Origin: Dehalococcoidia bacterium
Lineage (GTDB): Bacteria > Chloroflexota > Dehalococcoidia > UBA6926
DNA length: 64,000 nucleotides
Direction of reading: 5' to 3'
Assembly (NCBI GenBank): GCA_963666115.2
Contig: CAXXET010000004.1
Location: 320,001-384,000, forward strand
Of the stretch, positions 27,061-36,575 are shown piece after piece. The notes beneath the pieces are model-generated. The model did not search any database. It worked only from the letters and a program-made list of their open reading frames with translations, and was not told the origin of the DNA. Positions within the stretch are counted from its first letter, which is position 1; every line of letters starts with the position of its first letter. Both the position numbers and the translations under genes were made by a program.

Positions 27061-27996
27061 TTACCGCGCCACCACGTAGGAGAAGACGCTTTCCAGCGAT
27101 TCGTCGGTGGGTTCCACGCTGAATAGGGTCACGCCGCTGTCTTTGGCGGCGCGGGGCAGGAGCGACTGGAGGGCGACAATGTCCCGCGTCGTGATCATCA
27201 CCGCGTCGTCCGGCTCCACCTTGACCGAGTCCACGGACTCATCGGCAAAGAGGGCGCCGGCCAATTGACGCGAGTCGCTTGCGCGGATCCGGATTTCATA
27301 GGGCCGCTCATCCAGCTTGGCGCGAATGGCGTGGAAGTTGCCGGAGGCGGCCAGGCGGCCGGCGACCATCAGGAGGATGGTGTCCGCGAGTTCCTCCACT
27401 TCTTCGAGGATGTGGGATGAGACGACGACAGCGCGGCCTTCCGCTGCCAGCCGGTGCGCCATGTCCTGGAACTCCAGTCGCTGGCGCGGGTCCGTGCCGT
27501 TCAACGGCTCATCCAGAACCAGGATGGGCGGGTCATGGACGAGGGTGGCAGCGAGGCGCATCCGCTGCCTCATGCCGCGCGAATAGGTGGCGAGCTTGCG
27601 GTCTTGCGCATCCAGCAGATTGACCGTGCTGATGGCCTTTTCGACGGCTTCATCCACGTTCGGGACCTTTTGAAGCTTCGCGTTCAGGGCCACGAATTGC
27701 CGGCCGGTGAGTTGATCATAGACGGACTGGTGCTCCGTCATCACGCCGATGCTCCGATACAGAGCCACGCTGCCGCGCACCGGCTGCCCCATGATCAGGA
27801 TTTCCCCTCGGGAAACGGCAGAGAGTCCGGCGATCATGTGGAGGAGCGTCGTCTTGCCCGCGCCGTTGGGGCCCAGGAGGCCGGTGACGCCGGGGCCGAT
27901 GTCCAACGAGACCTCGTTGACGGCGACAAGGTTGCCGAACCACTTGGACACGCCGCGCACGGAGATCATCGGCTCCTGGGGAGATGTCGTCGTCAT
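27061..27996 (-). CDS. ABC transporter ATP-binding protein
   Basis: GPNGAGKTT, YSRGMRQR, LDEP and SSH motifs. Confidence 0.93.
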   Translation of the reverse strand: MTTTSPQEPMISVRGVSKWFGNLVAVNEVSLDIGPGVTGLLGPNGAGKTTLLHMIAGLSAVSRGEILIMGQPVRGSVALYRSIGVMTEHQSVYDQLTGRQFVALNAKLQKVPNVDEAVEKAISTVNLLDAQDRKLATYSRGMRQRMRLAATLVHDPPILVLDEPLNGTDPRQRLEFQDMAHRLAAEGRAVVVSSHILEEVEELADTILLMVAGRLAASGNFHAIRAKLDERPYEIRIRASDSRQLAGALFADESVDSVKVEPDDAVMITTRDIVALQSLLPRAAKDSGVTLFSVEPTDESLESVFSYVVAR

Positions 27997-29072
27997 TGCG
28001 TGAACCCCCGATAGCGCCACCACAGGATTCCGACGGGAATGAGCACGAGCGCGGCATACACGCCGGCCACGCCGATGACGGGCAGGTCTCTAATAAGCGG
28101 CGTCCAGAAGTCGCCCTGTTGAATCTCAGCTGACCGGTCCGAATCAAACATCCAGTCGATGAGGATGGTCACGGCGGAGTCGGGCGCTAACAACAGCAGC
28201 CATCCCGCGGCGTCGCCCGCGAGAGCGGTGCATTCCTGCGTGACGGTCACGCCCTCAGGAGCGTTGAGCTCCGCCAATTCGGATTCCGTGAGGCCCGGAC
28301 TTCCGAACTCGGTACTCGTTATTGTCCCCGTCACAACCATCTCTTCCGTCGCGGGGTCACGCTCCCGGGTAGTCGTCACCGTCTCGCATGTGGGAGACGC
28401 AAAGATGCCCGGGACGACGTTCAGCAGCAAGATGCAGGTGATCAGGGTAGCGGCCACGTAGACACGCCGGGCGAAGAACGTGGAGAGCGCCAAGGGAATG
28501 GTCGTGATGAAGAGGGCAATCATCGCGACGGCGACGATGCTGAGGGGGATGTCGGTCCACTCGTCGCGGAAGCGTTCGGCGGGGTCAGTCGACCCGATAT
28601 AGGAGACGCCAATCATGACGGCGAGGCCAATACAGATGAGGATGAAAACTGCGCTGACGAATGCCAGCCACCGCATGGTCACGTAATCGAAGATGCCCAG
28701 GGGCCGCACGAGGTAGAGGGAGAGGACGTTTTCGCGGCGGTCAGGGATCAGGAGTTCCGGCGCGCTGATAGACGCGAGCAGGAACAGGAGGAGGATGATC
28801 CCGCCGAAGTATTGCTGGACGGGCGGGAGGTTCACTTCTCCGCCGCCGCTGAACGCGACTGGGATGACGACCAGGATCAGGGCCATGCCGACAGTGACGA
28901 CACCCATGAGGGCGGGGAGCACCTTCGCGCGTCCGCCGCGGCCAATGCCGAAGACCTGCCGCACGCCGTTGACGTACAAGGCCAGCAGGGCATTGGCCCG
29001 CCCGGCGCGCGGGCCGTCGTACGGCTGGTAGCCGATGTCAAAGAGTTCGCCGGTTTGCTGCTGCTCGGTCAT
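27993..29072 (-). CDS. ABC-2 type transporter permease
   Basis: DRRENVLSLYLVRPL motif; TM segments; overlaps neighbouring genes in the operon. Confidence 0.85.
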   Translation of the reverse strand: MTEQQQTGELFDIGYQPYDGPRAGRANALLALYVNGVRQVFGIGRGGRAKVLPALMGVVTVGMALILVVIPVAFSGGGEVNLPPVQQYFGGIILLLFLLASISAPELLIPDRRENVLSLYLVRPLGIFDYVTMRWLAFVSAVFILICIGLAVMIGVSYIGSTDPAERFRDEWTDIPLSIVAVAMIALFITTIPLALSTFFARRVYVAATLITCILLLNVVPGIFASPTCETVTTTRERDPATEEMVVTGTITSTEFGSPGLTESELAELNAPEGVTVTQECTALAGDAAGWLLLLAPDSAVTILIDWMFDSDRSAEIQQGDFWTPLIRDLPVIGVAGVYAALVLIPVGILWWRYRGFTQ

Positions 29073-29755
29073 GCGGTGGCATCCCCGTTTTCGCCACGGA
29101 ATATCTCGGTCAACATACGGCGGCGCGGGGCCATGCGCCGGATGGGCGCGCCGATCTCCAACACCGCGTCCAGCACAGTGTCATTGTGCAGGTTCGGCTC
29201 ATCCTGCGGCACCAGCACGGAACTGCCCTCTATGGTGGCGGTGATGCCGCGCGCGGCCAATGCGGCCACGAGCGCTTCCTGGTTGGGTCCGACGTCCACC
29301 GCCAGGGTCTGCGTGTCTCCCGTGAATCCCTCGACGGAGCCTTCACGCGCAACCCGGCCGCCCTCAAGGACGATGATGTTTTCGCAAGTACGCTCAACCT
29401 CGCCCATGAGGTGGGAGGAGAACACGACGCTGATGCCGAAATCCGTGCCGGTGCGCCGAACAAGGGAGAGCATATCGTCGCGGCTTTCCGGATCGAGGCC
29501 GGCGGTCGGCTCATCGAGCAGGATCAGCCTGGGGTCGTGGACAAGAGCCTGGGCGAGCTTGGCGCGCTGCTTCATGCCGGTGGAGTATTCGCCCATGCTT
29601 CGGAATCGCTCCTCGTGCATTCCGACGTGGCGGAGAGTATCGGATGCGCGTGAGCGGGCTTCGCCGGGCGGGAGGCCACTCACGCTATCGAGGGCAAGAA
29701 CCCTGCCGTAACGCTTGGTCAGGTTGGTCGCTTCGAGGAGGGGGGCTGTTTCCAT
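29069..29755 (-). pseudogene. ABC ATP-binding protein with an in-frame internal deletion removing Walker A and the Q-loop
   Basis: LTKRYGRVLALDSVS joins directly to GLPPGEARSR..YSTGMKQR..LDEP; no GxxGxGKT. Confidence 0.8.
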
Positions 29756-29762
29756 GAAAGCA

Positions 29763-29806
29763 GGATAGCGGATTCGGATTGTCAAGCCAATCCGAATCCG
29801 CTATCC
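29763..29806. promoter_or_regulatory. perfect 19-bp inverted repeat overlapping the -10 box of the ABC operon (operator or terminator)
   Basis: GGATAGCGGATTCGGATTG-tcaagc-CAATCCGAATCCGCTATCC. Confidence 0.65.
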
Positions 29807-29833
29807 GCACAAAATGATTATGACCATGCGTTC

Positions 29834-30700
29834 TTAAAGAGTTTCCTCTTCAAGCTGCTGCCAGTCCGAGAGGCCGAGGATTTCGTTGCGGGCGGGGAGG
29901 GGCATGACTCGGTCAAGGAGGTTGGCGTTGCCACCCTGCCCCTTCAGCGCGTCGAGGCTGTCGGCGACGGCTTTGGCGGCTGCGCCGATGGCGAGGCCCG
30001 AATAGCCGATGAGTGTGTAGCCCATCTCAGCGAGATCGGCGGCGGGCAGGAGCGGAGTCTTGCCGCCTTCTGTGAGAACGACCATGAGCGTGCCTTTGCC
30101 CACGAGTTTGGGGAATTGTTCAAGCTCGTCGCTAGTTCCGGGGCCGGCGAGAAAGGCCATATCTGCTCCGGTGTCAAGGTAGGCGCGGGCGCGTTTCGCT
30201 GCGCCCTCTACGCCCTCGGTTTCGACGGCGTCCGTGCGAGCGATGACGACGAAATCGGGGCTGCGCCTTGCGCCCAGGGCGGCGCGGAGCTTGCCCAGCA
30301 TGGCGTCTGTCGAGACCACGCGGGTTCCGGCAAGGTGGGCGCAGCGTTTCGGGTCTTCCTGGTCTTCCATGAAGAGACCGGCCAGGCCCGCGTCCTCCAT
30401 GGCGCGGACGGTGTGAGCGGCCTGCAACGGGCCGCCGTAGCCGGTATCGGCATCGGCGATGACAGGGATATTCACGGCAGCAGCGATGCGGCGGGCCTGC
30501 CCCACCACGTCCTCACGTGAGAGAAGCCCGACGTCCGGCAGGCCGAATGCGGACGCAGCGACGGATGAGCCGCTGATGCCGGCGGCGGGGAAACCAGCCG
30601 CCTCGATGAGTTTGGCGGAGAAGGCATCGTAGGCGAAGGGGACGACGAGGGGGGCGGGGGCAGCCAAGAGTTGGCGGAGGGAGTTTGGTTTGGTAGTCAT
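29834..30700 (-). CDS. isocitrate lyase/PEP mutase family enzyme (PrpB-like)
   Basis: AYDAFSA, IADADTGYG, EDQEDPKRCAH and IARTDA motifs. Confidence 0.9.
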   Translation of the reverse strand: MTTKPNSLRQLLAAPAPLVVPFAYDAFSAKLIEAAGFPAAGISGSSVAASAFGLPDVGLLSREDVVGQARRIAAAVNIPVIADADTGYGGPLQAAHTVRAMEDAGLAGLFMEDQEDPKRCAHLAGTRVVSTDAMLGKLRAALGARRSPDFVVIARTDAVETEGVEGAAKRARAYLDTGADMAFLAGPGTSDELEQFPKLVGKGTLMVVLTEGGKTPLLPAADLAEMGYTLIGYSGLAIGAAAKAVADSLDALKGQGGNANLLDRVMPLPARNEILGLSDWQQLEEETL

Positions 30701-30706
30701 GGTTTA

Positions 30707-30749
30707 GGTTCCCGCTTTCGCGGGAATGACGGATGGGGGCGGGAATGAC
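30707..30749 (+). repeat. family B repeat plus partial copy
   Basis: GGTTCCCGCTTTCGCGGGAATGAC then GCGGGAATGAC. Confidence 0.85.
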
Positions 30750-30771
30750 GAATGGGTATTGTCGTCATGAC

Positions 30772-31491
30772 TTAGGTTTGGGCGCGGGCTGGGACGGCTT
30801 CGAGGATGGGTTGGAGTTCGTCCAGGGGCATGACGTCTGCGTATTTCTGGGCGATGTCGAAGAGGTTGATGGCGTGGGACGCTTGGCCCCGATCCCATAC
30901 GCAGTCCTCGGGAACGACGCAGCGGAAGCCGTAGCTCATGCCATCGACGACGGTGCCGCGCACGCAGCCGCTCGTGGTGCAGCCGACGACGATCAGGGTA
31001 TCCGCGCCGGCGGCGACAAGCTGGGTGACGAGGTTGGTGCCGAAGAAGATGGAGGGGAATCGCTTGTAGATGATGACGTCTCCCGGCTCCGGCGTGAGCG
31101 GCTCCACGATCTGCGCGCCGCGGCTGCCGGGCAGGTTGTAGTCAGCGGAGAGGGACGGAATTTTGTCCGTGTAGCGCGCGCCCTCCTGTACGCCGGTGCG
31201 CTCACCCTGCGCGTACATGACCGGCCAGCCCTTGCCGCGGAATGTCTTGACGAGCTGCTCGATGCGCTCCACGGCGCGCCACGCATCCTCACCGACGGCG
31301 GTGGCGTACTGCTTCATGGCCTCCTGGATGGGAACGGGGCCTTCGCCGGTGGTGCGGTATTGGGCGTCGATGATGAGCAAAGCGGGGCGTTCGCCGACGC
31401 CGACGCTCGCGCCGAAGCCGGATTGGGCATAGATTTCACGGTCACGGTCGCTGATAAAGGCGTCCCAGGGGCGGGCGGTTTTGGTTGTCAT
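30772..31491 (-). CDS. isochorismatase-family cysteine hydrolase (maleamate/N-carbamoylsarcosine amidase-like)
   Basis: RPALLIID, KRFPSIFFGT and GCTTSGCVR motifs. Confidence 0.9.
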   Translation of the reverse strand: MTTKTARPWDAFISDRDREIYAQSGFGASVGVGERPALLIIDAQYRTTGEGPVPIQEAMKQYATAVGEDAWRAVERIEQLVKTFRGKGWPVMYAQGERTGVQEGARYTDKIPSLSADYNLPGSRGAQIVEPLTPEPGDVIIYKRFPSIFFGTNLVTQLVAAGADTLIVVGCTTSGCVRGTVVDGMSYGFRCVVPEDCVWDRGQASHAINLFDIAQKYADVMPLDELQPILEAVPARAQT

Positions 31492-31499
31492 GGTGTTCT

Positions 31500-32183
31500 C
31501 TAGTTCTTGGAGATGAAGGGGTTGAGCTGGTCTGCGAGGGTTGCGATGGTGCGGGTCTGAACCCAGACCTTGCCCTTGCCGCGGAACTTCATGACCACGC
31601 CTTCGCCGCCCCCGATGAGGGACACGAGGCCGCCAACCTTGCCGATGGTGTACTCGACACCATCGGTAAAGGCGACAAGATGGCCGGTATCGACCACCAA
31701 CTCCTGATCGCCGGAGACGGTCAGCTCCTTGATCGCGCCAAAGCAGTTGCAGTAGACGACGCCGGTATCGCGCTCCACGTAGGCGCGGAGGAAGAAGAGG
31801 TTTTCGCCGCTGAACACGCCGCGCAATCCCTGGAACTTCGTGTCCAGCTCGACGTTCAGATTGGACGCGAGGAAAGAGCCGCCCTGGATGTAGAGATTCT
31901 GGCCGGGCTCAAGGTCAAAGGACTTGATGTCGCCGGGCACGGTGGGCGCGATGCCGATCCAGCCACCGCCGCGGCCGGCGGTGAAAGTATTCACGAAGAA
32001 GGACTCGCCGGCGACCATGCGCCGCAGCTTGCCCATGAATCCGCCGCCGGTCATGCCCGTGTGAAGCTCAAGGTTCTGTTGGGTGGCCATCGCGCCGGGC
32101 TCAACCCTGACTGCCTCGCCCTCGTCCAATTCCATGGTCAGAAAGCTGTATGCCGGAGCGAATTCGGTCGTTACCTTCATCAT
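31500..32183 (-). CDS. AIM24/TIGR00266 family protein
   Basis: VEPGAM, AGESFFVNTF, VVDTGHLVAF and GKVWVQTR motifs. Confidence 0.9.
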   Translation of the reverse strand: MMKVTTEFAPAYSFLTMELDEGEAVRVEPGAMATQQNLELHTGMTGGGFMGKLRRMVAGESFFVNTFTAGRGGGWIGIAPTVPGDIKSFDLEPGQNLYIQGGSFLASNLNVELDTKFQGLRGVFSGENLFFLRAYVERDTGVVYCNCFGAIKELTVSGDQELVVDTGHLVAFTDGVEYTIGKVGGLVSLIGGGEGVVMKFRGKGKVWVQTRTIATLADQLNPFISKN

Positions 32184-32229
32184 GTCCCCCTCAGTCCAAT
32201 CGTCCTGCCAACCGGCGATTGCCAGTCGG

Positions 32230-33228
32230 CTACTCAATCGTATCACTACGGACTGCGCCGCCCAACGCCCGCCACGCGTTAAGAACCGCGTCCAGTTCAT
32301 CCGCAGTTGGAGCATCGCGCGTGCCGGGGCGCGAGACGTTGACGCCGGCGGCGGCAGTCGCGCCGAGCAGGACATCGGCAGCGTCATGTCCCTGCGCTTC
32401 GAGGGCCGCGAGCGCGCCGTGAAAGGCGTCCCCTGCCCCAACGCTGCTGACAGGGACCATGTCCAGTTCAGCGAGCGGGAGAGGCGGGACGCGCGTCAAC
32501 TCATCGCGCAGCAGGTCGATGACGACCGCGCCCTGAGCGCCCTGTTTAAGGATGATGCGGTTTCGCCAGCCGTCGGTGCGGAGGCGTGCGGCGATTTCAC
32601 GCGGGTCGTCCTGCCCAAACAGATCGGCGGTCTCTTCCTCATTGAGGAGGAGGGTATCGACGCGGCGGGCAAGGGGGACAACGATGGCGGGATCGGCGGC
32701 GGCAAGCACGCCGGGGTCCCAGGAAACGCGGCAATCCGTGGCGGTGGTGATGTAGAGGATTTCCTCGATGACGGGCAGCGGCGGGTCTGTTATGGCGCAG
32801 TTGCGGGCGCGGGCGAGCATGGAACGGGCGGCGGGTTGGCGGACGTGGTCCGGCGTGAGGAGGGCGTTTGCGCCGAGGGCGCTGGCGATTATGTTCTGGC
32901 TGTTGGCGTCCACGAGGATGAACGCCTGGCCGGATTCGGCGTTGGAAATGGTCGGGACTGCATCCGTTCGTATTCCTTCGCTGTGAAGCAGTTCACTTTG
33001 TAGACCGGCGATTGCATCGTCTCCGAGCGCGCCGATGAATGAAACGCTCTGTTTGGGGAGGAGGCGGGCGGCTGCAACGGCGACGTTGGCGCCGGTGCCG
33101 CCGGGGACACGGGCAACCTCGGAAACGGTGACCTCCTGGCCGGGCGCCGGGAGCGACTCCACGAAGAGTGTCACGTCCCAGTTGATGGCCCCCACCGCGA
33201 CGACGAGGGGCGTAGTCGAGTTGGTCAC
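32230..33228 (-). CDS. PfkB family carbohydrate kinase (ribokinase-like)
   Basis: PGGTGANVAVAAARL, LNEEE and VGAGDAF motifs. Confidence 0.9.
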   Translation of the reverse strand: MTNSTTPLVVAVGAINWDVTLFVESLPAPGQEVTVSEVARVPGGTGANVAVAAARLLPKQSVSFIGALGDDAIAGLQSELLHSEGIRTDAVPTISNAESGQAFILVDANSQNIIASALGANALLTPDHVRQPAARSMLARARNCAITDPPLPVIEEILYITTATDCRVSWDPGVLAAADPAIVVPLARRVDTLLLNEEETADLFGQDDPREIAARLRTDGWRNRIILKQGAQGAVVIDLLRDELTRVPPLPLAELDMVPVSSVGAGDAFHGALAALEAQGHDAADVLLGATAAAGVNVSRPGTRDAPTADELDAVLNAWRALGGAVRSDTIE

Positions 33229-34172
33229 GCTTCCTGTGTCAGGCGGGAGAAGACGAGTTCAAGGAAACGCGGGCCGTCGACGGCGGTGACGACGTTGACC
33301 TGCCTGTCGTCGGTTGCCGCTCGGCGCGGACGCCTGTCGGCGATGGTCTGGCCGCGGACGGAGCCGTCCTGCGTGACGATCTCAACGGGATAGGGGCGCG
33401 TTTCGAAGAGGGTGGGGTCGATGACATAGGCGATGGCCTGCGCGTCGTGGATATTGACGACGCCGAATCGTCCCAGGGCCTGGATGGTGATGAGGGCGGC
33501 GGTCTGGGCGTACGTGTCGGTGCTGGCGGCGAGGACGGCATGGCGCTCGGGGTTGATGGAGCTTGTGGGATCGGTGGTGACATCGAGGCCGACGGCGGTG
33601 ATGGAGATGTCTGCGGCGAAGAGCTCGGCGGCGGCTTCGGGGTCGGCCCAGATGTTGAACTCCGAGACGGTGGTGACGTTGCCGTGGCCATAGGGGGTGA
33701 GGGCGAACGCGCCTCCCATGAGAACGATGTTGTTGAGCCGCGCAAAGGCATCCGGCGCCTCCCGCATCAGGTGTGCGACGTTGGTCATGGGGCCGGTGGG
33801 GATGAGGGTGATCTCGCCCGGTTCGCGCGCCATGACGATATCGGAGATGAACTGCACGGCGGGGCGGTCATCAAACGACATCTGCGTCGGTTGAGGGACA
33901 GGCGCGCCGCCGAGTCCATCGTTGCCGTGGACGTGTACGGCGTCTTCGGGTTCGCGGGTTAGGGGCTTGGCGGCGCCGCGCGCGACGGGGATTTCAGTGC
34001 GGCCAGCGGCTTCGAGGACGCGCAGGACGTTGTTAGCCGTGTGTTCAAGAGGAGCGTTGCCCGCGACAGCGGTGATACCGAGGATATCCAGTTCCGGAGA
34101 GCGGAGTGCAAGGAGGATAGCAAGGGAATCGTCGATGCCGACATCCATATCCAGAATGACTTTGGTGGGCAC
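33225..34172 (-). CDS. nucleoside hydrolase (IUNH family)
   Basis: DMDVGIDD, HGNDGLG, TGPMTN and EFNIWADPEAA motifs. Confidence 0.93.
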   Translation of the reverse strand: MPTKVILDMDVGIDDSLAILLALRSPELDILGITAVAGNAPLEHTANNVLRVLEAAGRTEIPVARGAAKPLTREPEDAVHVHGNDGLGGAPVPQPTQMSFDDRPAVQFISDIVMAREPGEITLIPTGPMTNVAHLMREAPDAFARLNNIVLMGGAFALTPYGHGNVTTVSEFNIWADPEAAAELFAADISITAVGLDVTTDPTSSINPERHAVLAASTDTYAQTAALITIQALGRFGVVNIHDAQAIAYVIDPTLFETRPYPVEIVTQDGSVRGQTIADRRPRRAATDDRQVNVVTAVDGPRFLELVFSRLTQEA

Positions 34173-34177
34173 GATTA

Positions 34178-34214
34178 CCCCCTCACCTTAACCCTCTCCC
34201 CCAGGGAGAGGGGG
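34178..34214 (+). repeat. family C repeat; supplies the C-terminus and stop of the upstream minus-strand ORF
   Basis: CCCCCTCACCTTAACCCTCTCCCCCAGGGAGAGGGGG. Confidence 0.85.
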
Positions 34215-34577
34215 CTGTGAATTACCTTCGGCGCTCATCTGTATTTTCCTGCGACGGCGCTTACCGAACATTGGACGAAGCATCATCATCCACATTATCT
34301 GTAAACCACGCCAGATATAGGCGACTGTAAAGACAATGAGCGCAACGACAAAGGGGTTTTCATCAAACCAACTCGTCTCCCAAATCATCCTTCCATCGCT
34401 GGAGTATGAAGGTTCCAGAGCATATGCCAATGACCCACATAGTAGCCCAGCGACGAAGGCCCAATTGAACCACCCGAGCTCACTCGCAATTGCCCCAAAT
34501 TGAGCCATGACTGAATTGAAAGTGTCCTCGTAGACGCGCTGCGCGTGGCGCAGATCTCTCAGCAGCCTCATTTTCAC
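34188..34577 (-). CDS. hypothetical membrane protein with 2 TM segments (lower GC)
   Basis: GTG start overlaps the stop of the upstream zinc-finger ORF; two hydrophobic helices. Confidence 0.55.
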   Translation of the reverse strand: MKMRLLRDLRHAQRVYEDTFNSVMAQFGAIASELGWFNWAFVAGLLCGSLAYALEPSYSSDGRMIWETSWFDENPFVVALIVFTVAYIWRGLQIMWMMMLRPMFGKRRRRKIQMSAEGNSQPPLPGGEG

Positions 34578-34777
34578 GCGCTCCTCACCAATACAATTGG
34601 GCCATGTATAGCCCTGTCCCCCGAAATCGTGGACATAAGGTCGCGTGACCACAGACGTTCCGTCTCCGCGTCGTAACAGACACGGCAAAGATGCTCCACA
34701 CCTTCAAAGCATGGCGCGTCCTTGTAGTGAAAGGTGGCGGGCTGGCCACAGTTATCGCATTCGACGACAGGATTCAT
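34574..34777 (-). CDS. small zinc-finger-like protein (CDNC...CRVC)
   Basis: AGGAGG RBS; CxxC..A..H...HLCxxC resembles McsA/ClpX-type zinc knuckles. Confidence 0.6.
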   Translation of the reverse strand: MNPVVECDNCGQPATFHYKDAPCFEGVEHLCRVCYDAETERLWSRDLMSTISGDRAIHGPIVLVRSA

Positions 34778-34822
34778 GGCGTCCTCCTGCTAGCTGCATC
34801 GCTACTTCCTCTGCGGCTTCTG

Positions 34823-34846
34823 GATTCCCGCTTTCGCGGGAATGAC
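34823..34846 (+). repeat. family B repeat
   Basis: exact 24-mer. Confidence 0.9.
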
Positions 34847-34881
34847 GGGTGGTGACTAGGCAACGGATTGCTCCTGACGCG

Positions 34882-36573
34882 TCAGTGCGGCGTGGTGGCG
34901 GTGTGAGAGGATTTGCCGTTGATGTACTCCTCGAACTCGTCACGGAAGTAGCGGATGGCGCTGTTCAGGACGCCGGGGGCGAGTTGACCGAGCCCGCAGA
35001 GGGAGCCCTGCACCATGGATGCGCCGACGTTCTGGAGCTTCTCAATGTCGCCGTCCTGGCCGTAGCCCTCCGTGATGGTGGCAAGGACGTGGGAGATGTG
35101 GGTTGCGCCCTTGCGGCAGGGGAAGCACTTGCCGCAGGATTCGGCGTCGATGAACTCGGCGATGTTCTTGACGAGATCGACGATGCTAGTGTCTTCGTCG
35201 AGGACGAGGATGCCGCCGGAGCCGAGCGGGCTGCCCTTGGCGGTCATGGCCTGGAACTCCGTGGGCATATCCATTTCAGCGGCGGGCATGATGCCGCCGA
35301 GCGGCCCGCCGCATTGGAGCGCCTTCACTTTCTTGCCGCCGCGAATGCCGCCCGCGACGTTTTCAATGACTCCGGCCAAGTTGATTCCAACGGGGATTTC
35401 CGCAATTCCGGGTTTATTTATGTGGCCGGAGAGGGAGAGCATGGCGGTGCCGGAGGCGTTCTCCGTGCCGATGGCGGCGAATGCCTCCGCGCCCATGTCA
35501 AGGACGGTTGGCACATACGCGATGGTCTTGACGTTGTTGATGGTGGTGGGGCGGCCAAAGATGCCGTAGGCGGCCGGGAACGGGGGGCGGGGGCGGGGCG
35601 CGCCGCGCTTGCCCTCGACGGACTCCATGAGCGCGGTCTCCTCGCCGCAGATGTATGCGTGGCCGGTGGCCTCGATCTCAACCTCGTGGGAGAAGTCCGT
35701 GCCCATGATGTTGTGGCCGACAAGGCCGCGCTCCTCCATCTCATGGAGGGCGCGGCGGAGGCGTTCAAGCGGCAGCCGGTATTCGGCGCGGACGTGAATG
35801 TAGCTCTTGTTGGCACCCATGGCGTATGAGGCGATCAGGATGCCTTCCAGGAGGCGATGCGGGTCGTTTTCGACGATGGCGGCATCGGTGAACGCGCCGG
35901 GGTCGCCCTCCTCGCCGTTGATCGCAAGATAGCGGTCGCCGGGGCCGGGCGGGCCCATGAAGCTCCACTTGACGCCGGCGGGGAACAACGCGCCGCCGCG
36001 CCCGCGCAGGCCGGACTCGCGCACCATATCAACGACTTCCTGGGGAGTCATGTCATGGAGGGCTTTGTCGAGGGAGGCGAGGCCGCCGTTGGCGACGTAG
36101 TGGAGGATATTGCCGGGCTCGATGAGGCCGAAGTTGGCCATGAGGAGGCGGAGTTGGTCGCGCATCCAGGGCTGCTCGGCCAGGAGGGGGATATCGACGC
36201 CGTGGATGGGAGTTGCGCCATGGACGCCGAGGGCAAGATCGGGGCGAAGGTTGACGTCGACGAGGACATCGCGGAGGAGTTGGGGGGCAGTGTCGGCGTC
36301 GATATTGCCGTAGGAGACGCGGGGCATGTTTGGCGGGGCGATATGGACGACGGGGTCCGCCCATGAGAAGCCAATATCGCCGACCTCAAGGACGCGGGCC
36401 TCTATGCCGAGTTCGTCGATTGTGCGGCGGATGGCATTGAGGGTATCGCCCGCGCCGACGGTGAGGCTCGCGGCGGAGATGCCGACGCTGACGCGGGCAA
36501 CGGAGGGATCGTCCCACTGCGTCCAGGCGGCATCCGCCTCTTGCTTGAGTGATTGATAGAGTTCGGATGGCAT
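34882..36573 (-). CDS. NuoF/HydB-like FMN and NAD(P)H-binding subunit
   Basis: GLRGRGG, EGDPGAF, YICGEETAL, ESCGKCFPCR and SLCGLG motifs; likely start MPSEL at 36573. Confidence 0.92.
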   Translation of the reverse strand: MPSELYQSLKQEADAAWTQWDDPSVARVSVGISAASLTVGAGDTLNAIRRTIDELGIEARVLEVGDIGFSWADPVVHIAPPNMPRVSYGNIDADTAPQLLRDVLVDVNLRPDLALGVHGATPIHGVDIPLLAEQPWMRDQLRLLMANFGLIEPGNILHYVANGGLASLDKALHDMTPQEVVDMVRESGLRGRGGALFPAGVKWSFMGPPGPGDRYLAINGEEGDPGAFTDAAIVENDPHRLLEGILIASYAMGANKSYIHVRAEYRLPLERLRRALHEMEERGLVGHNIMGTDFSHEVEIEATGHAYICGEETALMESVEGKRGAPRPRPPFPAAYGIFGRPTTINNVKTIAYVPTVLDMGAEAFAAIGTENASGTAMLSLSGHINKPGIAEIPVGINLAGVIENVAGGIRGGKKVKALQCGGPLGGIMPAAEMDMPTEFQAMTAKGSPLGSGGILVLDEDTSIVDLVKNIAEFIDAESCGKCFPCRKGATHISHVLATITEGYGQDGDIEKLQNVGASMVQGSLCGLGQLAPGVLNSAIRYFRDEFEEYINGKSSHTATTPH

Positions 36574-36575
36574 GG

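Noticed and set aside
34152-34160. CAGAATGAC resembling the end of repeat A
   Set aside because: It encodes the conserved KVILD start of the nucleoside hydrolase; the match is coincidental.
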